A stretch of DNA of 64,000 bases from Parcubacteria group bacterium (GTDB lineage Bacteria; Patescibacteriota; Minisyncoccia; Moranbacterales; GCA-2747515): positions 102,866 through 166,865 of the forward strand of contig JBAZXC010000002.1 of assembly GCA_041660065.1 (NCBI GenBank), read 5' to 3'. The stretch's first letter is position 1; every line of letters starts with the position of its first letter. The translations under genes were made by a program, and so were the position numbers. Under the pieces are notes generated by a model. The model was not told the DNA's origin. It did not search any database and saw only the letters and a program-made list of their open reading frames with translations. Below, piece after piece: positions 1-10,924 of this stretch.

Positions 1-3000
1 ATGTGACCTTCATTGAGCTGTGTGCCCTTTGCCACGAGATCACCCTTCTTGACATTGATCGTTGAATTTGACGGTACATTGTATTTCTTTTGTTGCTTGC
101 GCTTGCCTTCTTTCTCGATCACGATCGTTACAGTTTTTCCGCCATCATCCTCAATATCGACAACTGCACCATCAATCTCGGAAATGATCGACTCGCCCTT
201 TGGCGTACGTGCTTCAAAGATCTCTTCTACACGAGGCAAACCTTGTGTAATATCAGATCCCGCAACACCACCAACGTGAAATGTACGCATCGTAAGTTGT
301 GTACCCGGTTCACCGATTGCCTGTGCTGCGACTGTCCCTACAGCCTGACCAAGTGCAACCAATCCCTTGCGACCGAGATCGACACCATAACACTTTTGAC
401 AAATACCTCGCAATGTCTTACATGATGTTGTCGTACGAATTTTGACCTTTTCGATGCCTGCTTTATCGATTTCCTGCGCTTGCTTTTTGTCGATCAAAAC
501 GCCTGACTCTACGATCACCTTATCCGTCTTTGGATGTTTGATCGCGCCAACCGATGTGCGTCCTTCTACACGTGATCCAAAATTGATACCGATGCGATCG
601 GAGTCTTGACGATAGACATATCCACCCACGCGATCACCACAGTTTTCTTCCGTGACAATCACATCTTGCGCAACATCCACGAGACGTCGTGTGAGATAAC
701 CGGCAGTTGCTGTACGAAGAGCCGTATCTGCCATACCTTTACGCGCACCATGCGTTGAGATGAAATACTCCAACACATCGAGACCTTCTTTGTATGAGCT
801 ACGTACCGGCAACTCCAATGTTTCACCTGTCGCGCCAGCCATAAGACCTTTCATACCGGTCATCTGTACGACAACGGATTCACTACCGCGAGCCTTGGAA
901 TACACCATGGAATATACAGGACCTTCTTTGTCCAATCCTGCACGCACAGCATCCGTAATGTCATCTTTTGCCTTGTTCCATGTATCGATCGTACGGTTCT
1001 TGCGTTCTTCGTTCGTGAGAAGTCCCATATCAAAGCTCTCTTTGATCCCTGCCACTTTTTGCTTTGCATCCTCAAGGATCGCTTTCTTCTCCACCGGCAC
1101 GACGAGATCATCCATGCCCCAACTGATACCGGAAAGTGTAACGCTCTTGAATCCCAGATTTTTGACGCGATCGATAAACGCTGCTGTTTCCTCTTGTCCG
1201 ACAGTGTCAAGCATCTTTCCAACAACATCTTTCAATTCTTTCTTTGTCATTTCTTGATTCAAAAAGCGCATCGATGCCGGCAAAATATCATTGAACATCC
1301 CGCGTCCGGCTGATGTCTTGTAGACTTTGCCCTTATAAAGAAGCGTGATCTCTGCATTGATCGCGATCGCTTCATTTTGATATGCCAAGATCGCCTCATC
1401 AATATTCGCAAAGATTTTTCCCTCACCCTTTGCGCCAGGTTTGATATGCGTGATGTAATAGATTCCCAACACAAGATCCAACGATGGTGTAGTGATCGGC
1501 TCTCCACTTGCAGGCTTGATCAAGTTTTTTGATGAAAGCATGATATTTGCGCTTTCCTCACGTGCCTTATCCGTAAGTGGCACATGTACTGCCATCTGAT
1601 CGCCATCAAAGTCTGCGTTGAATGCGGCACACACCATCGGATGCAACTGGATTGCTTTACCCTCGATCAATACCGGTTGGAATGATTGAATTGACAAACG
1701 GTGAAGGGTCGGCGCGCGGTTAAGCATCACATAATGGTGTGAGATAATATCATCCAAAATTTCATATGCCTCTTCCGTCTCATTGTCCACCATACGTCCT
1801 GCCGTACGCACATTGTGAGCGTACTCGCGTTCGATCAACTTGTTGATGATAAACGGTTTGAAAAGTTCCAATGCCATGCGTTTCGGCAGACCGGCCTGAT
1901 GCAACTTGAGTTGCGGACCAATCACGATAACGCTACGCCCTGAATAATCCACACGCTTACCCAAGAGATTCTGACGGAAACGTCCTTGTTTTCCTTTCAA
2001 TGAATCTGCGAGAGAACGAAGTGGACGTCGTTGTCCGGTTGATGCCGCAACAGATGCTTGTCCACGTCGTGCTGAATTATCAAAGAGTGCATCAACCGCC
2101 TCTTGCAACATACGCTTCTCATTACGTGTGATCACTTCCGGTGCACGCAATTCGAGCAATTTTTTCAGACGATTGTTACGGTTGATGATACGACGATAGA
2201 GATCATTGAGATCGGACGTTGCAAAACGTCCACCATCCAATGCAACCATCGGACGGAGATCCGGCGGGATCACAGGAATGATCGTCGGCAGCATCCATTC
2301 CAAATGAATATCTGCTTTTTTTATGCCCTGATAAAATTTGATCCGCTTGAGAAGTTTTTTCTTGAGAATGGAGTCCGCATCGTCGAGATGTTGCACGAGA
2401 CTTTTCATCATGTCATCCACATTCATATTCTTCAAGATTTTCTGCACAGCCTCCGCGCCAATTCCCGCAGTAAAAACTTGACCAAAACTCGTAGACAGAT
2501 TGAAATATTCCACCTCGCTCAAGATCTGATACAAAGCAAGAGATCGCAACGCATCACGTTTACTGCGATATTGTTTTTTGAGTTCTTGCATTCTCTCATC
2601 ATCACCGCTGGTTTTGATCTCCTTTTGCTTGTGCTTGAATTCACTCTCAAGATTTTCCATCGCTTTTTCACGCGCATCATCATCTACATCCGTCACGATA
2701 TATGATGAAAAGTAGATCACTTTTTCCAATGCCTGTGGGGAAAGTCCGAGAGCGAGACCAATCTTACTCGGCACACCGCGCAAAAACCAAATGTGTGATA
2801 CAGGCACAGCAAGCTGAATATGTCCCATGCGCTCACGACGAATGATCGAACGTGTTACTTCAACACCGCATTTGTCACATGTGATTCCTTTATAACGAAT
2901 ACGCTTGTATTTTCCACAATAACATTCCCAATCCTTTGACGGACCAAAAATGCGTTCACAAAACAAACCGTCCATTTCATAACGTTGTGTACGATAGTTG

Positions 3001-3110
3001 ATCGTTTCCGGTTTTGTGATCTCACCATGCGACCATCCGAGAATATTTTCCGGACTTGCGAGTCGGAGTCGGACGCTGTCGAAATCACTTACTTTTGTTG
3101 CATTTTCCAT
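1..3110 (-). CDS. rpoC: DNA-directed RNA polymerase beta' subunit (3' end outside window)
   Basis: Not in the ORF track because it runs off the window. Manual translation from ATG 3110 gives [41 protein letters not shown]...[35 protein letters not shown] is encoded around 1590-1625. It lies directly downstream of rpoB. Confidence 0.98.
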   Translation of the reverse strand, partial: MENATKVSDFDSVRLRLASPENILGWSHGEITKPETINYRTQRYEMDGLFCERIFGPSKDWECYCGKYKRIRYKGITCDKCGVEVTRSIIRRERMGHIQLAVPVSHIWFLRGVPSKIGLALGLSPQALEKVIYFSSYIVTDVDDDAREKAMENLESEFKHKQKEIKTSGDDERMQELKKQYRSKRDALRSLALYQILSEVEYFNLSTSFGQVFTAGIGAEAVQKILKNMNVDDMMKSLVQHLDDADSILKKKLLKRIKFYQGIKKADIHLEWMLPTIIPVIPPDLRPMVALDGGRFATSDLNDLYRRIINRNNRLKKLLELRAPEVITRNEKRMLQEAVDALFDNSARRGQASVAASTGQRRPLRSLADSLKGKQGRFRQNLLGKRVDYSGRSVIVIGPQLKLHQAGLPKRMALELFKPFIINKLIEREYAHNVRTAGRMVDNETEEAYEILDDIISHHYVMLNRAPTLHRLSIQSFQPVLIEGKAIQLHPMVCAAFNADFDGDQMAVHVPLTDKAREESANIMLSSKNLIKPASGEPITTPSLDLVLGIYYITHIKPGAKGEGKIFANIDEAILAYQNEAIAINAEITLLYKGKVYKTSAGRGMFNDILPASMRFLNQEMTKKELKDVVGKMLDTVGQEETAAFIDRVKNLGFKSVTLSGISWGMDDLVVPVEKKAILEDAKQKVAGIKESFDMGLLTNEERKNRTIDTWNKAKDDITDAVRAGLDKEGPVYSMVYSKARGSESVVVQMTGMKGLMAGATGETLELPVRSSYKEGLDVLEYFISTHGARKGMADTALRTATAGYLTRRLVDVAQDVIVTEENCGDRVGGYVYRQDSDRIGINFGSRVEGRTSVGAIKHPKTDKVIVESGVLIDKKQAQEIDKAGIEKVKIRTTTSCKTLRGICQKCYGVDLGRKGLVALGQAVGTVAAQAIGEPGTQLTMRTFHVGGVAGSDITQGLPRVEEIFEARTPKGESIISEIDGAVVDIEDDGGKTVTIVIEKEGKRKQQKKYNVPSNSTINVKKGDLVAKGTQLNEGH

Positions 3111-3146
3111 ATGTTTGATAAAGTTTAGATTTAATACATCGATGCA

Positions 3147-6100
3147 TTACTTCTCTTCTTTTTTTGCATCTTGTGCATCCTTCTCATCTGACTCGACTTT
3201 TTGTCCGATGAGTTCCACATCCAAACACAAACCCTTGAGTTCATTCACCAAAACATGGAATGACGCCGGAAGATTTGGACTCTTGATCTCTTCGCCCTTG
3301 ATGATTGCCTCATACGCCTTTGAACGTCCGAGTACATCATCAGATTTGATCGTCAACATTTCTTGCAATGTATGAGCGGCACCATAACCTTCCAATGCCC
3401 ATACCTCCATCTCTCCAAAACGCTGTCCACCAAACTGTGCTTTACCACCAAGCGGTTGTTGTGTGATCAATGAGTATGGTCCGATCGAGCGCATATGCAA
3501 CTTATCATCAACGAGATGATTCAACTTCATAATATACATCACACCGACAGTTGACTCATTATCAAACGGGCGTCCCGTCTTTCCATCGATCAAACCGATC
3601 TTTCCGCTTTCTGGAAGTCCCGCTGATTTAAGTTCTGCTTTGATATCTGCTTCAGATACACCGTCAAGCGCAGGTGTTGCTGCCGTGTAGCCATGCGCAC
3701 GTGCTGCCCATCCGAGATGCGTCTCCAAGATCTGACCGATATTCATACGACTTGCTACACCCAACGGATTCAAGATCACATCAACCGGTGTGCCGTCTGG
3801 CAAGTATGGCATATCCTCCACCGGTGCAATACGCGAGATCACACCCTTATTTCCATGACGCCCTGCGAGCTTGTCACCGACTGCGATTTTGCGCAATTGC
3901 GCAACAGAAATCTGAATTTGCTGGCTTACGCCTGTTGGCAAACGATCACCCTGATCTCGTGTAAATACTTTGATATCCACAACTTTTCCATGTTCACCAT
4001 GTGGTAAATACAGAGAAGAATCTTTTACATCACGGGATTTCTCACCAAAGATCGCACGAAGGAGACGTTCCTCTGCTGTGAGGTCACCCTCACCCTTTGG
4101 TGTGATCTTTCCGATCAAGATATCTCCCGATGACACTTCCGCTCCGATGCGCACGATGCCCGTCTCATCCAAGTTCTTCAGACGGTCTTCACCAATATTT
4201 GGGATATCACGTGTTACGATCTCAGGTCCGAGCTTTGTGTCACGCACATCCAATGAAAAATCTTCAATGTGGATCGAGCTATAACGGTCATCCTGCAATA
4301 CCTTTTCTGAAATGATGATCGCATCCTCAAAGTTAAATCCTTCCCATGGCACGAAAGCCACGAGCATATTTTGTCCGAGCGCAAGCTCACCATGATCAGT
4401 TGATGATCCGTCTGCGAGCAATTGCCCTTTCTTGATCACATCACCCTTGAGTACACGCGGCACCTGATTCATCGATGTAAACGCGTTGGACTTCATAAAT
4501 GTATGAAGCAAGTATTCTCTTTTATTTGTTTTTTTCTTCGCACCTGCCGGTGCTTCTTCTTCCACGACAATATGATTGCCATCCACAGAAATCACCTTTC
4601 CCGGGTTTTTTGCAATCACTGCCTGACCGGAATCCGCTGCCGCTTTGTCTTCGATACCTGTTCCCACAAGCGGTGCTTCCGGTTTGACACACGACACAGC
4701 CTGACGTTGCATGTTCGAGCCCATAAGTGCACGGTTTGCATCATCATGCTCCAAGAAAGGAATAAGTGCTGTCGCCACAGAAATACACTGCTTTGGTGAC
4801 ACGTCAATATATTCAACACTTGTCACACTTACCATATCCGGCTGACCGCTGACACGCGCTTCTACCATCTTTTCCACGATGTTGCGATGCTCATCAAGTA
4901 CTGTGCCACCATGTGCGATCGTCAATCGATCTTCTACAGTCGCATTGATATATTCGATTTTGTCCGTTACAAACGGCACGACATGGATCATGTCTTTTTT
5001 CTCTTTCGCGATCTTTTTTGCAAGAGTTTCATCGATCAATGTACCGATAGCACAATCACCGATTTTCTCCGTTAAAATACGACCGACAAGATCATCTGCA
5101 GTATTTGCGACTTCTTGCGCCACTTTCAAGTATGGTGTTTCGAGAAATCCATATTCATTGATCCGTGCATATGTCGCCAAATGTCCGACGAGTCCGATAT
5201 TCGGTCCTTCCGGTGTTTCTACAGGACAGATGCGTCCATAATGAGAATGATGCACATCACGCACTTCAAATCCCGCACGCTCACGCGTCAAACCACCGGG
5301 TCCAAGGGCACTTAAGCGACGCTTATGCTCCAACTCTGCAAGCGGATTTACCTGATCCATAAACTGCGACAACTGTGAGCTGGAAAAAAATTCTTTGATC
5401 GCAGCTGCAACCGGACGAGAATTGATGATCTGTCCCGGCACAACCGTATCCACATCACACGTACTCATGCGATCTTTGATATTGCGTGCCATACGCGCAA
5501 AACCGATACGCATTTTGTTTTGGATAAGTTCTCCCACACCACGCACGCGACGATTGCCCAAATGATCGATATCATCTGCCTGTGCTTGCGGATTATTGTT
5601 CATGCGAATGATCTCCTTGATAATGAGAACAAAGTCCTCCACATTTAAAATACGATTTTCTGGGTTATTTGCTCTATCAAGTTTCAATCGTTGGTTGAGA
5701 CGGTATCGTCCCACCGCACCAAAGTCATAACGATCAAAGTTAAAAAACATTGCATCAACCATTTGTTTTGCATTCTCTTCTGTTGCAAGGTCTCCCGGAC
5801 GTACGCGTTTATATACCTCCTTGTATCCCTCACCTTGCGATGTTGTAATATCTTTTGCAAGCGTTTCACCGATATGATCTACGTCGATCACTTCCACATC
5901 CTGTGCAAAAAGTGCACGAATCTGATCATTAGTACCATGCCCAAAAGCACGCAATAGCGCCGTCACCGGCAATTTGCGCTTACGATCGATCTTCACATAG
6001 ATCACACCATCACGATCTGTCTCAAGCTCCAACCATGCACCACGATTTGGAATGATTTTTGCACCAAAAAACTTACGGCCTTTGATGTATTCCATCGAAA

Positions 6101-6560
6101 AGAACACGCCGGGGGATCGGATGAGTTGTGATACGATCACACGCTCCACACCATTGATAATAAACGTTCCACGATCTGTCATGATCGGAAATTCTCCAAA
6201 GTAGATCTCTTGCTCCTTTACTTCCCCGGTCTTTTTGAACACAAGCTTTGCTGTTGCGCGAAGCGGTGCCTCATAAGAAATATTTTTTGCGCGCGACGTC
6301 AACTCGTCGTATTTGGATTCGTCCAAGAAGTAATTGGAAAGAGAAAGTTCCATTTCCTTTCCGGCAAAATCAACGATTGGATTTACTTCATCCAATAGCT
6401 CCTGCAATCCTTTTTCCAAAAACCATTCATACGAAGCCGTCTGTGCCTCGATAAGATTTGGCAATGACACAGCTAACTGTTTCTTGAAAAACTTTCGTTT
6501 TGCAAGAGACGAAGAGGCGCTGAATTTCCCCTTTACCTTCATTTTCTTGTTTTCAACCAT
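3147..6560 (-). CDS. rpoB: DNA-directed RNA polymerase beta subunit
   Basis: Motifs GDKLAGRHGNKGV, ETPEGPNIGL and GGQRFGEMEVWAL. Start moved to ATG 6560 (MVENKK), which follows a GGAGGT Shine-Dalgarno. Confidence 0.99.
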   Translation of the reverse strand: MVENKKMKVKGKFSASSSLAKRKFFKKQLAVSLPNLIEAQTASYEWFLEKGLQELLDEVNPIVDFAGKEMELSLSNYFLDESKYDELTSRAKNISYEAPLRATAKLVFKKTGEVKEQEIYFGEFPIMTDRGTFIINGVERVIVSQLIRSPGVFFSMEYIKGRKFFGAKIIPNRGAWLELETDRDGVIYVKIDRKRKLPVTALLRAFGHGTNDQIRALFAQDVEVIDVDHIGETLAKDITTSQGEGYKEVYKRVRPGDLATEENAKQMVDAMFFNFDRYDFGAVGRYRLNQRLKLDRANNPENRILNVEDFVLIIKEIIRMNNNPQAQADDIDHLGNRRVRGVGELIQNKMRIGFARMARNIKDRMSTCDVDTVVPGQIINSRPVAAAIKEFFSSSQLSQFMDQVNPLAELEHKRRLSALGPGGLTRERAGFEVRDVHHSHYGRICPVETPEGPNIGLVGHLATYARINEYGFLETPYLKVAQEVANTADDLVGRILTEKIGDCAIGTLIDETLAKKIAKEKKDMIHVVPFVTDKIEYINATVEDRLTIAHGGTVLDEHRNIVEKMVEARVSGQPDMVSVTSVEYIDVSPKQCISVATALIPFLEHDDANRALMGSNMQRQAVSCVKPEAPLVGTGIEDKAAADSGQAVIAKNPGKVISVDGNHIVVEEEAPAGAKKKTNKREYLLHTFMKSNAFTSMNQVPRVLKGDVIKKGQLLADGSSTDHGELALGQNMLVAFVPWEGFNFEDAIIISEKVLQDDRYSSIHIEDFSLDVRDTKLGPEIVTRDIPNIGEDRLKNLDETGIVRIGAEVSSGDILIGKITPKGEGDLTAEERLLRAIFGEKSRDVKDSSLYLPHGEHGKVVDIKVFTRDQGDRLPTGVSQQIQISVAQLRKIAVGDKLAGRHGNKGVISRIAPVEDMPYLPDGTPVDVILNPLGVASRMNIGQILETHLGWAARAHGYTAATPALDGVSEADIKAELKSAGLPESGKIGLIDGKTGRPFDNESTVGVMYIMKLNHLVDDKLHMRSIGPYSLITQQPLGGKAQFGGQRFGEMEVWALEGYGAAHTLQEMLTIKSDDVLGRSKAYEAIIKGEEIKSPNLPASFHVLVNELKGLCLDVELIGQKVESDEKDAQDAKKEEK

Positions 6561-6767
6561 AAAAAGACCTCCCATCATCTCGGTATTCTTTACTTTGTTC
6601 AACGTCTTGAAAGTATAAGAAATACCTTTCTGATGGAGTTTTGAATGATTAACTATTTAATTGTCGCACAAAAATGTCCGATGTGATGCATCCAATTTGA
6701 CACGAAATTCCCTGTTTTCCAACAAAAAATTCGTACCATTAAAGTGGATTATTTTTCAGTACCATGA

Positions 6768-6796
6768 ATAATAGCAGGAAAAAAATATGTTGTCAA
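6768..6796 (-). promoter_or_regulatory. sigma70-type promoter for rpoBC
   Basis: TTGACA-17nt-TATTAT with an extended -10 TG on the minus strand, about 200 nt upstream of rpoB. Confidence 0.6.
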
Positions 6797-6845
6797 CTAT
6801 ATTTTTGGTTATCATTACCGCATAATTGAACGGGATCTGCCTACA

Positions 6846-6865
6846 TTATGCACAACTTATCCACA
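6846..6865 (+). promoter_or_regulatory. two tandem DnaA-box-like sites
   Basis: TTATGCACA (6846-6854) and a perfect TTATCCACA (6857-6865). Confidence 0.45.
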
Positions 6866-6927
6866 GCAAGCAAAAACCCCCACAAATCGTGAGGGTTTCT
6901 CGATTGTTTATAATCTCTGTGCAATTC

Positions 6928-8109
6928 TTATGCGCCACAATCTGCGGTTGTATTTGCGTTGGCTGCGGCAGCTGTGCCTGAACCGAATCCTGGTGCCGGT
7001 GCATCACTGGACATTTCTGTCTGACATGCTGCCGGTTGTGTATTGAATGCGGAGCAAATCGCTTTCATGAGACTTGCGCTATCACGACCGGATTGGATCA
7101 ATTCCCCATTGATCACAAGAGTCGGCGATCCTTGGACACCATATTTCTCATTATCCGCCTTTGAGATGTTGAACTGAGGAAACTGTCCACTCACCCATGA
7201 CGACTTATCATTGAACAATTCTGTAACTTTGAATGCTTTATCTGTTTGCGCCACGCACTGCGCCAAAAGCGTTTGATTGACCAATGCTGTCTGCATGCAT
7301 GCTTTTTCATCCTGTTTTTCCAAAAAGCATCCAAGATACGCATGAAATTTTTGCGGTTCTTTTTCCTGGATGCAATACTGACGCAATTCTTCCTTCACTT
7401 CTTTCTCACCATGCATTGCATAATCCACAAATTTGAATTTTGCATTGACAGTTGTGCCAAGAGCTTTCAACACCGGCAAAATGCCCTTCTCGATCTGCGT
7501 ACCATATGGGCAGTGACTCATCACAAAGATCTCAACTTCCGGTTTATCTGATTTTGTCTGCACTTCTGTAGTCTCAGTTGTTGTGGCATCCTCTTCCGCG
7601 CTCTTTTCTTCAAGTTGCTTTGTATCAACAAGCTGCGGAATAAACTTGGTCATATCTTTTGACATGTACGACGTCACTTCTTGACCCTCTACAGTAATGA
7701 TCATTTTATAGAGACCGCTTTCTTCTGTGATTTTACCGATCTCAACCTTTGTGCCTTCCGGAACCAGTTGACCGGTGATCATTTTCATCGCATTATCCCG
7801 AACTTCCTGCGCCACCTTTTCTTTTACAGGACGTTCTTCGCCGACGTTGTCACGTTTTTGCATTTGGAAATATGCAATAGCACCCACTGCCAGAACGACG
7901 ATCACAAGCCAAATAAAAATATTCTTTCCTCCTTGTATGCCACAGCACACATCACCGCATGTCTTTCCTTCGCATGAGCCTCCTTCGCATACACCATCCT
8001 TACATGTGCCACTCTCACACGTTCCTCCCTCGCATGAACCTTTTGCCTCCTCTTCCGGAGTTTTCTTTTCCTCTACCACTTCTTCTGTCTTTTTTTCCTC
8101 TGACATCAT
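6928..8109 (-). CDS. membrane-anchored DsbA/thioredoxin-fold protein with Cys-rich N-terminus
   Basis: One TM helix, FVMSHCPYG and YGVQGSPTLVING thioredoxin-fold motifs, and N-terminal CxxGxC repeats. Confidence 0.7.
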   Translation of the reverse strand: MMSEEKKTEEVVEEKKTPEEEAKGSCEGGTCESGTCKDGVCEGGSCEGKTCGDVCCGIQGGKNIFIWLVIVVLAVGAIAYFQMQKRDNVGEERPVKEKVAQEVRDNAMKMITGQLVPEGTKVEIGKITEESGLYKMIITVEGQEVTSYMSKDMTKFIPQLVDTKQLEEKSAEEDATTTETTEVQTKSDKPEVEIFVMSHCPYGTQIEKGILPVLKALGTTVNAKFKFVDYAMHGEKEVKEELRQYCIQEKEPQKFHAYLGCFLEKQDEKACMQTALVNQTLLAQCVAQTDKAFKVTELFNDKSSWVSGQFPQFNISKADNEKYGVQGSPTLVINGELIQSGRDSASLMKAICSAFNTQPAACQTEMSSDAPAPGFGSGTAAAANANTTADCGA

Positions 8110-8195
8110 TTTGTAATTACAAATTATATTATGTATTGATATATATTATATCATTTTCTTGATCATTCTCAAGAAAATAGGTTTCTCTCATCATA

Positions 8196-8486
8196 TCATG
8201 ACTGCGCATGACGCGCAAAATTGAGCGTCTTGATGATCGTTCGCGCAATTCGCGCTGTGGTGTACCCCTTGGGAATGTCCGCCACAAGCACAAAATCGTC
8301 CACATCTTCCACGACACGCTCATTGCGCATGAGAATGTCCTCGATCGCCGGAAAGAATTTTTCCAATAGATCATTGTCATCCACCCACTGCATGCGATCA
8401 AGATCCTGATCGTTGTCACGTAATACGAGCGCGACATCTTTTTCTTTCAATGATAATTCTATTTGCATACCCATGTGCCTTATCAA
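8196..8486 (-). CDS. short TsaB-like protein (N-terminal domain only)
   Basis: IEDILMRN..VEDVDDFVLVADIPKGYTTARIARTIIKTL resembles the TsaB/YeaZ 'GPGSFTGLRIG' region. Confidence 0.5.
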   Translation of the reverse strand: MIRHMGMQIELSLKEKDVALVLRDNDQDLDRMQWVDDNDLLEKFFPAIEDILMRNERVVEDVDDFVLVADIPKGYTTARIARTIIKTLNFARHAQS

Positions 8487-8541
8487 AAATAATCACCCCT
8501 CTATTGTACTCATATAACACAAATACACAACAAAAACATTT

Positions 8542-9246
8542 CTACAGTTGGCTTGTGATATATTGCATTTCCATTTTTTCATCCCCATATGCAGAAAAAG
8601 TACTTTCAATAATGATTGGTCGCTCTTTCTGCTTCAGTGCACCGACAATCTCATTTTGACATGTTTCAAAAAGTGGCACATGCAACAACTCTGGGCCATA
8701 TCCGCTGATATGATACCCCACAATACGATCGCCGAATTGTGCATGTAATTCTTTTGCCAATTGCATTGACGGGTCATTGACAAAACAATGTTGCAGATCG
8801 ATCACAAGTCCAAAGGGATATCGATCCAGAAGAGACTGTACATCGTCAAGAGTTCTGAACGACTTTTTGCGATCATCCATATTCTCGATTGCCACGGGGA
8901 TTTTGTATTGACTGATAATATCCCATCGCTTCACCGCATCTGGATGAAAGACGACATATGTAGCAGAAAATCGCGCACTCAATTCTTCCAACTGTTTCAA
9001 TAATACATGTGACACGGCATCGTCATCATACGCAATTACAGGTGCATGAATGGAAATGTGATCGAATTGCATAATATGCGCATGTTCCCCCGCAGAAAGA
9101 AATTTTACATGTTCCTCTGTGTGACACATTAACTCAATCGCACGTGCACCGGTAGCACAAAAACGATCCACTAATTCTTTGGAAAATCGCTCATGACTAT
9201 TATTTTGCAATCGATAAAAAACCCCGCACGAAAAACCAATGACCAT
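8542..9246 (-). CDS. xylose isomerase-like/AP endonuclease 2 TIM-barrel protein
   Basis: Metal-binding pattern SIHAP, VFHPD, IENM, IDLQH, YHIS, IIE. Confidence 0.7.
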   Translation of the reverse strand: MVIGFSCGVFYRLQNNSHERFSKELVDRFCATGARAIELMCHTEEHVKFLSAGEHAHIMQFDHISIHAPVIAYDDDAVSHVLLKQLEELSARFSATYVVFHPDAVKRWDIISQYKIPVAIENMDDRKKSFRTLDDVQSLLDRYPFGLVIDLQHCFVNDPSMQLAKELHAQFGDRIVGYHISGYGPELLHVPLFETCQNEIVGALKQKERPIIIESTFSAYGDEKMEMQYITSQL

Positions 9247-9263
9247 ACTATATAAAAGTTATG

Positions 9264-9476
9264 TTATCTTTCATTCACGGTATACACGTCATCATCAAAT
9301 TCGATGAAAAAATGATGGCGTTCATGATCTTGAAAATATGCCGTTCCCTTATGTTTTGCATACCCAAAGATCGTGTTAAATTCATCCGTATCCAAATGAT
9401 TTTCCAAATAAAGCATCAGATCACTTGCGTCATCGTTCATGTGAATACGGCATCCGTGCAAAATACTTTCTTTCAT
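9264..9476 (-). CDS. hypothetical protein (70 aa)
   Basis: Fills the gap between proS and the TIM-barrel gene in the same orientation. Confidence 0.55.
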   Translation of the reverse strand: MKESILHGCRIHMNDDASDLMLYLENHLDTDEFNTIFGYAKHKGTAYFQDHERHHFFIEFDDDVYTVNER

Positions 9477-9497
9477 AATATTCTTTAAAATAATTAC

Positions 9498-10742
9498 TTA
9501 TGCCTCCTTTTTGCATTTTTCAACAATTTCTTCAACCGTCATAATAATGCTTTCAGATTCCGTACGACGACGCACTTCTACGCCACCCTGCTCAAGCGAC
9601 TTTTTGCTCACAACCACGCGATATGGACAACCGATTAGATCTGCATCTGCAAATTTTTCCCCGGCACGTACATTCCGATCATCATAAAGCACTTCTATGC
9701 CGGCAACGGTCAACCGGTCATAAATTTTTTGTGCTTGCTCATCTTGCTCTAGACTGACCAAATGCACAAGGAAAGGCGCAATGATATCAGGCCAGACGAG
9801 ACCTTTGTCATCTGCAAATAATTCCGTCACTACACCCATTACACGCGCAGGGCCAATGCCATAGGAACCCATGATCACCTTTTGTTTCGTGCCATCTTGT
9901 GTATCGTATGTGAGATCAAATGCATCACTGAATTTTGTACCAAGTGAAAAGATATTGCCCACCTCCGCCGCTTTTTTTTGCACAAGAGACTCTTTGCTCA
10001 CGCCAAGATCTGCCAATACCTCATCAGTGTATACTTCTTGATTGATCGCCATGTTCTTTTCTTCACTGACATAAATGATGTCTTCTCCGGCATCGCACAC
10101 TGTCTGGAATTCATGTGAATACTTGCTAAATGTGCCACCACCGGCAAATGTCAGATATGTGTGATCACCAATACCCACACGACGAAAGATATTGAGGTAT
10201 GCTTTTTTTGCATTTTCGTAGAACATTTCATGTTCTTTTTGATCAGGTGAAAAAGAATATGCGTCTTTCATAATAAATTCCCTCCCACGCATGATCCCAC
10301 TCTTCGCACGCGCCTCATTACGAAACTTCGTTTGAAATTGGTACACACTAAATGGAAGATTTTTGTACGACGACACATGATCTTTCATCATGGACGTTAA
10401 CACTTCCTCATGTGTAAATGCCAAGCCTACCTCTGTGCCATTTTTCAGTGACGTCTTAAACCAGTTGTCTACCACCTCATCACTCCACCGTCCAGTCGTG
10501 CCCCACACGTCTTTGCTCTGCAATGATGTCATAAATAATTCCTGACACCCGATTGCATCCATTTCTTCGCGGATGATACCGATGACTTTATTGAGAACAC
10601 GCAGCCCCAATGGGAGAAAGCTGTACGCGCCAGCCATTTCCTTGTGAATAAATCCTGCACGGATGAGTAGCTGAGCATTTTTACTCACTTCGTCTTGTGG
10701 TGCAAACTTTTGCGTCCTGGTAAATAATTGCGATTGTTTCAT
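9498..10742 (-). CDS. proS: proline--tRNA ligase (short form without INS editing domain)
   Basis: MKQSQLF..., LLIRAGFI, FRNEARAKSGIMRGREFIMKDAYSF, GSYGIG, GEKFADADLIG. Confidence 0.96.
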   Translation of the reverse strand: MKQSQLFTRTQKFAPQDEVSKNAQLLIRAGFIHKEMAGAYSFLPLGLRVLNKVIGIIREEMDAIGCQELFMTSLQSKDVWGTTGRWSDEVVDNWFKTSLKNGTEVGLAFTHEEVLTSMMKDHVSSYKNLPFSVYQFQTKFRNEARAKSGIMRGREFIMKDAYSFSPDQKEHEMFYENAKKAYLNIFRRVGIGDHTYLTFAGGGTFSKYSHEFQTVCDAGEDIIYVSEEKNMAINQEVYTDEVLADLGVSKESLVQKKAAEVGNIFSLGTKFSDAFDLTYDTQDGTKQKVIMGSYGIGPARVMGVVTELFADDKGLVWPDIIAPFLVHLVSLEQDEQAQKIYDRLTVAGIEVLYDDRNVRAGEKFADADLIGCPYRVVVSKKSLEQGGVEVRRRTESESIIMTVEEIVEKCKKEA

Positions 10743-10924
10743 AAAATTGACATTAAAAAAATAAAAGATCGTGAAAGTTAAAGAATTACCCTCACGGGGA
10801 TATAGTTGTATGCATTATAGAAAAAATGGGTATTGCAAAACATATCGTAATATTCATTACTTCATTGCTTCCATCATATTATCCAAACACCTTTTCGTCA
10901 AAGAAATCACAAGTAAACAAATAT

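Noticed and set aside
13-3375. Numerous short ORFs in the track over the first 3 kb
   Set aside because: They are shadow frames of rpoC, which the track misses because its stop lies outside the window.
10743-10920. T-box leader for proS
   Set aside because: No T-box consensus and too little space.
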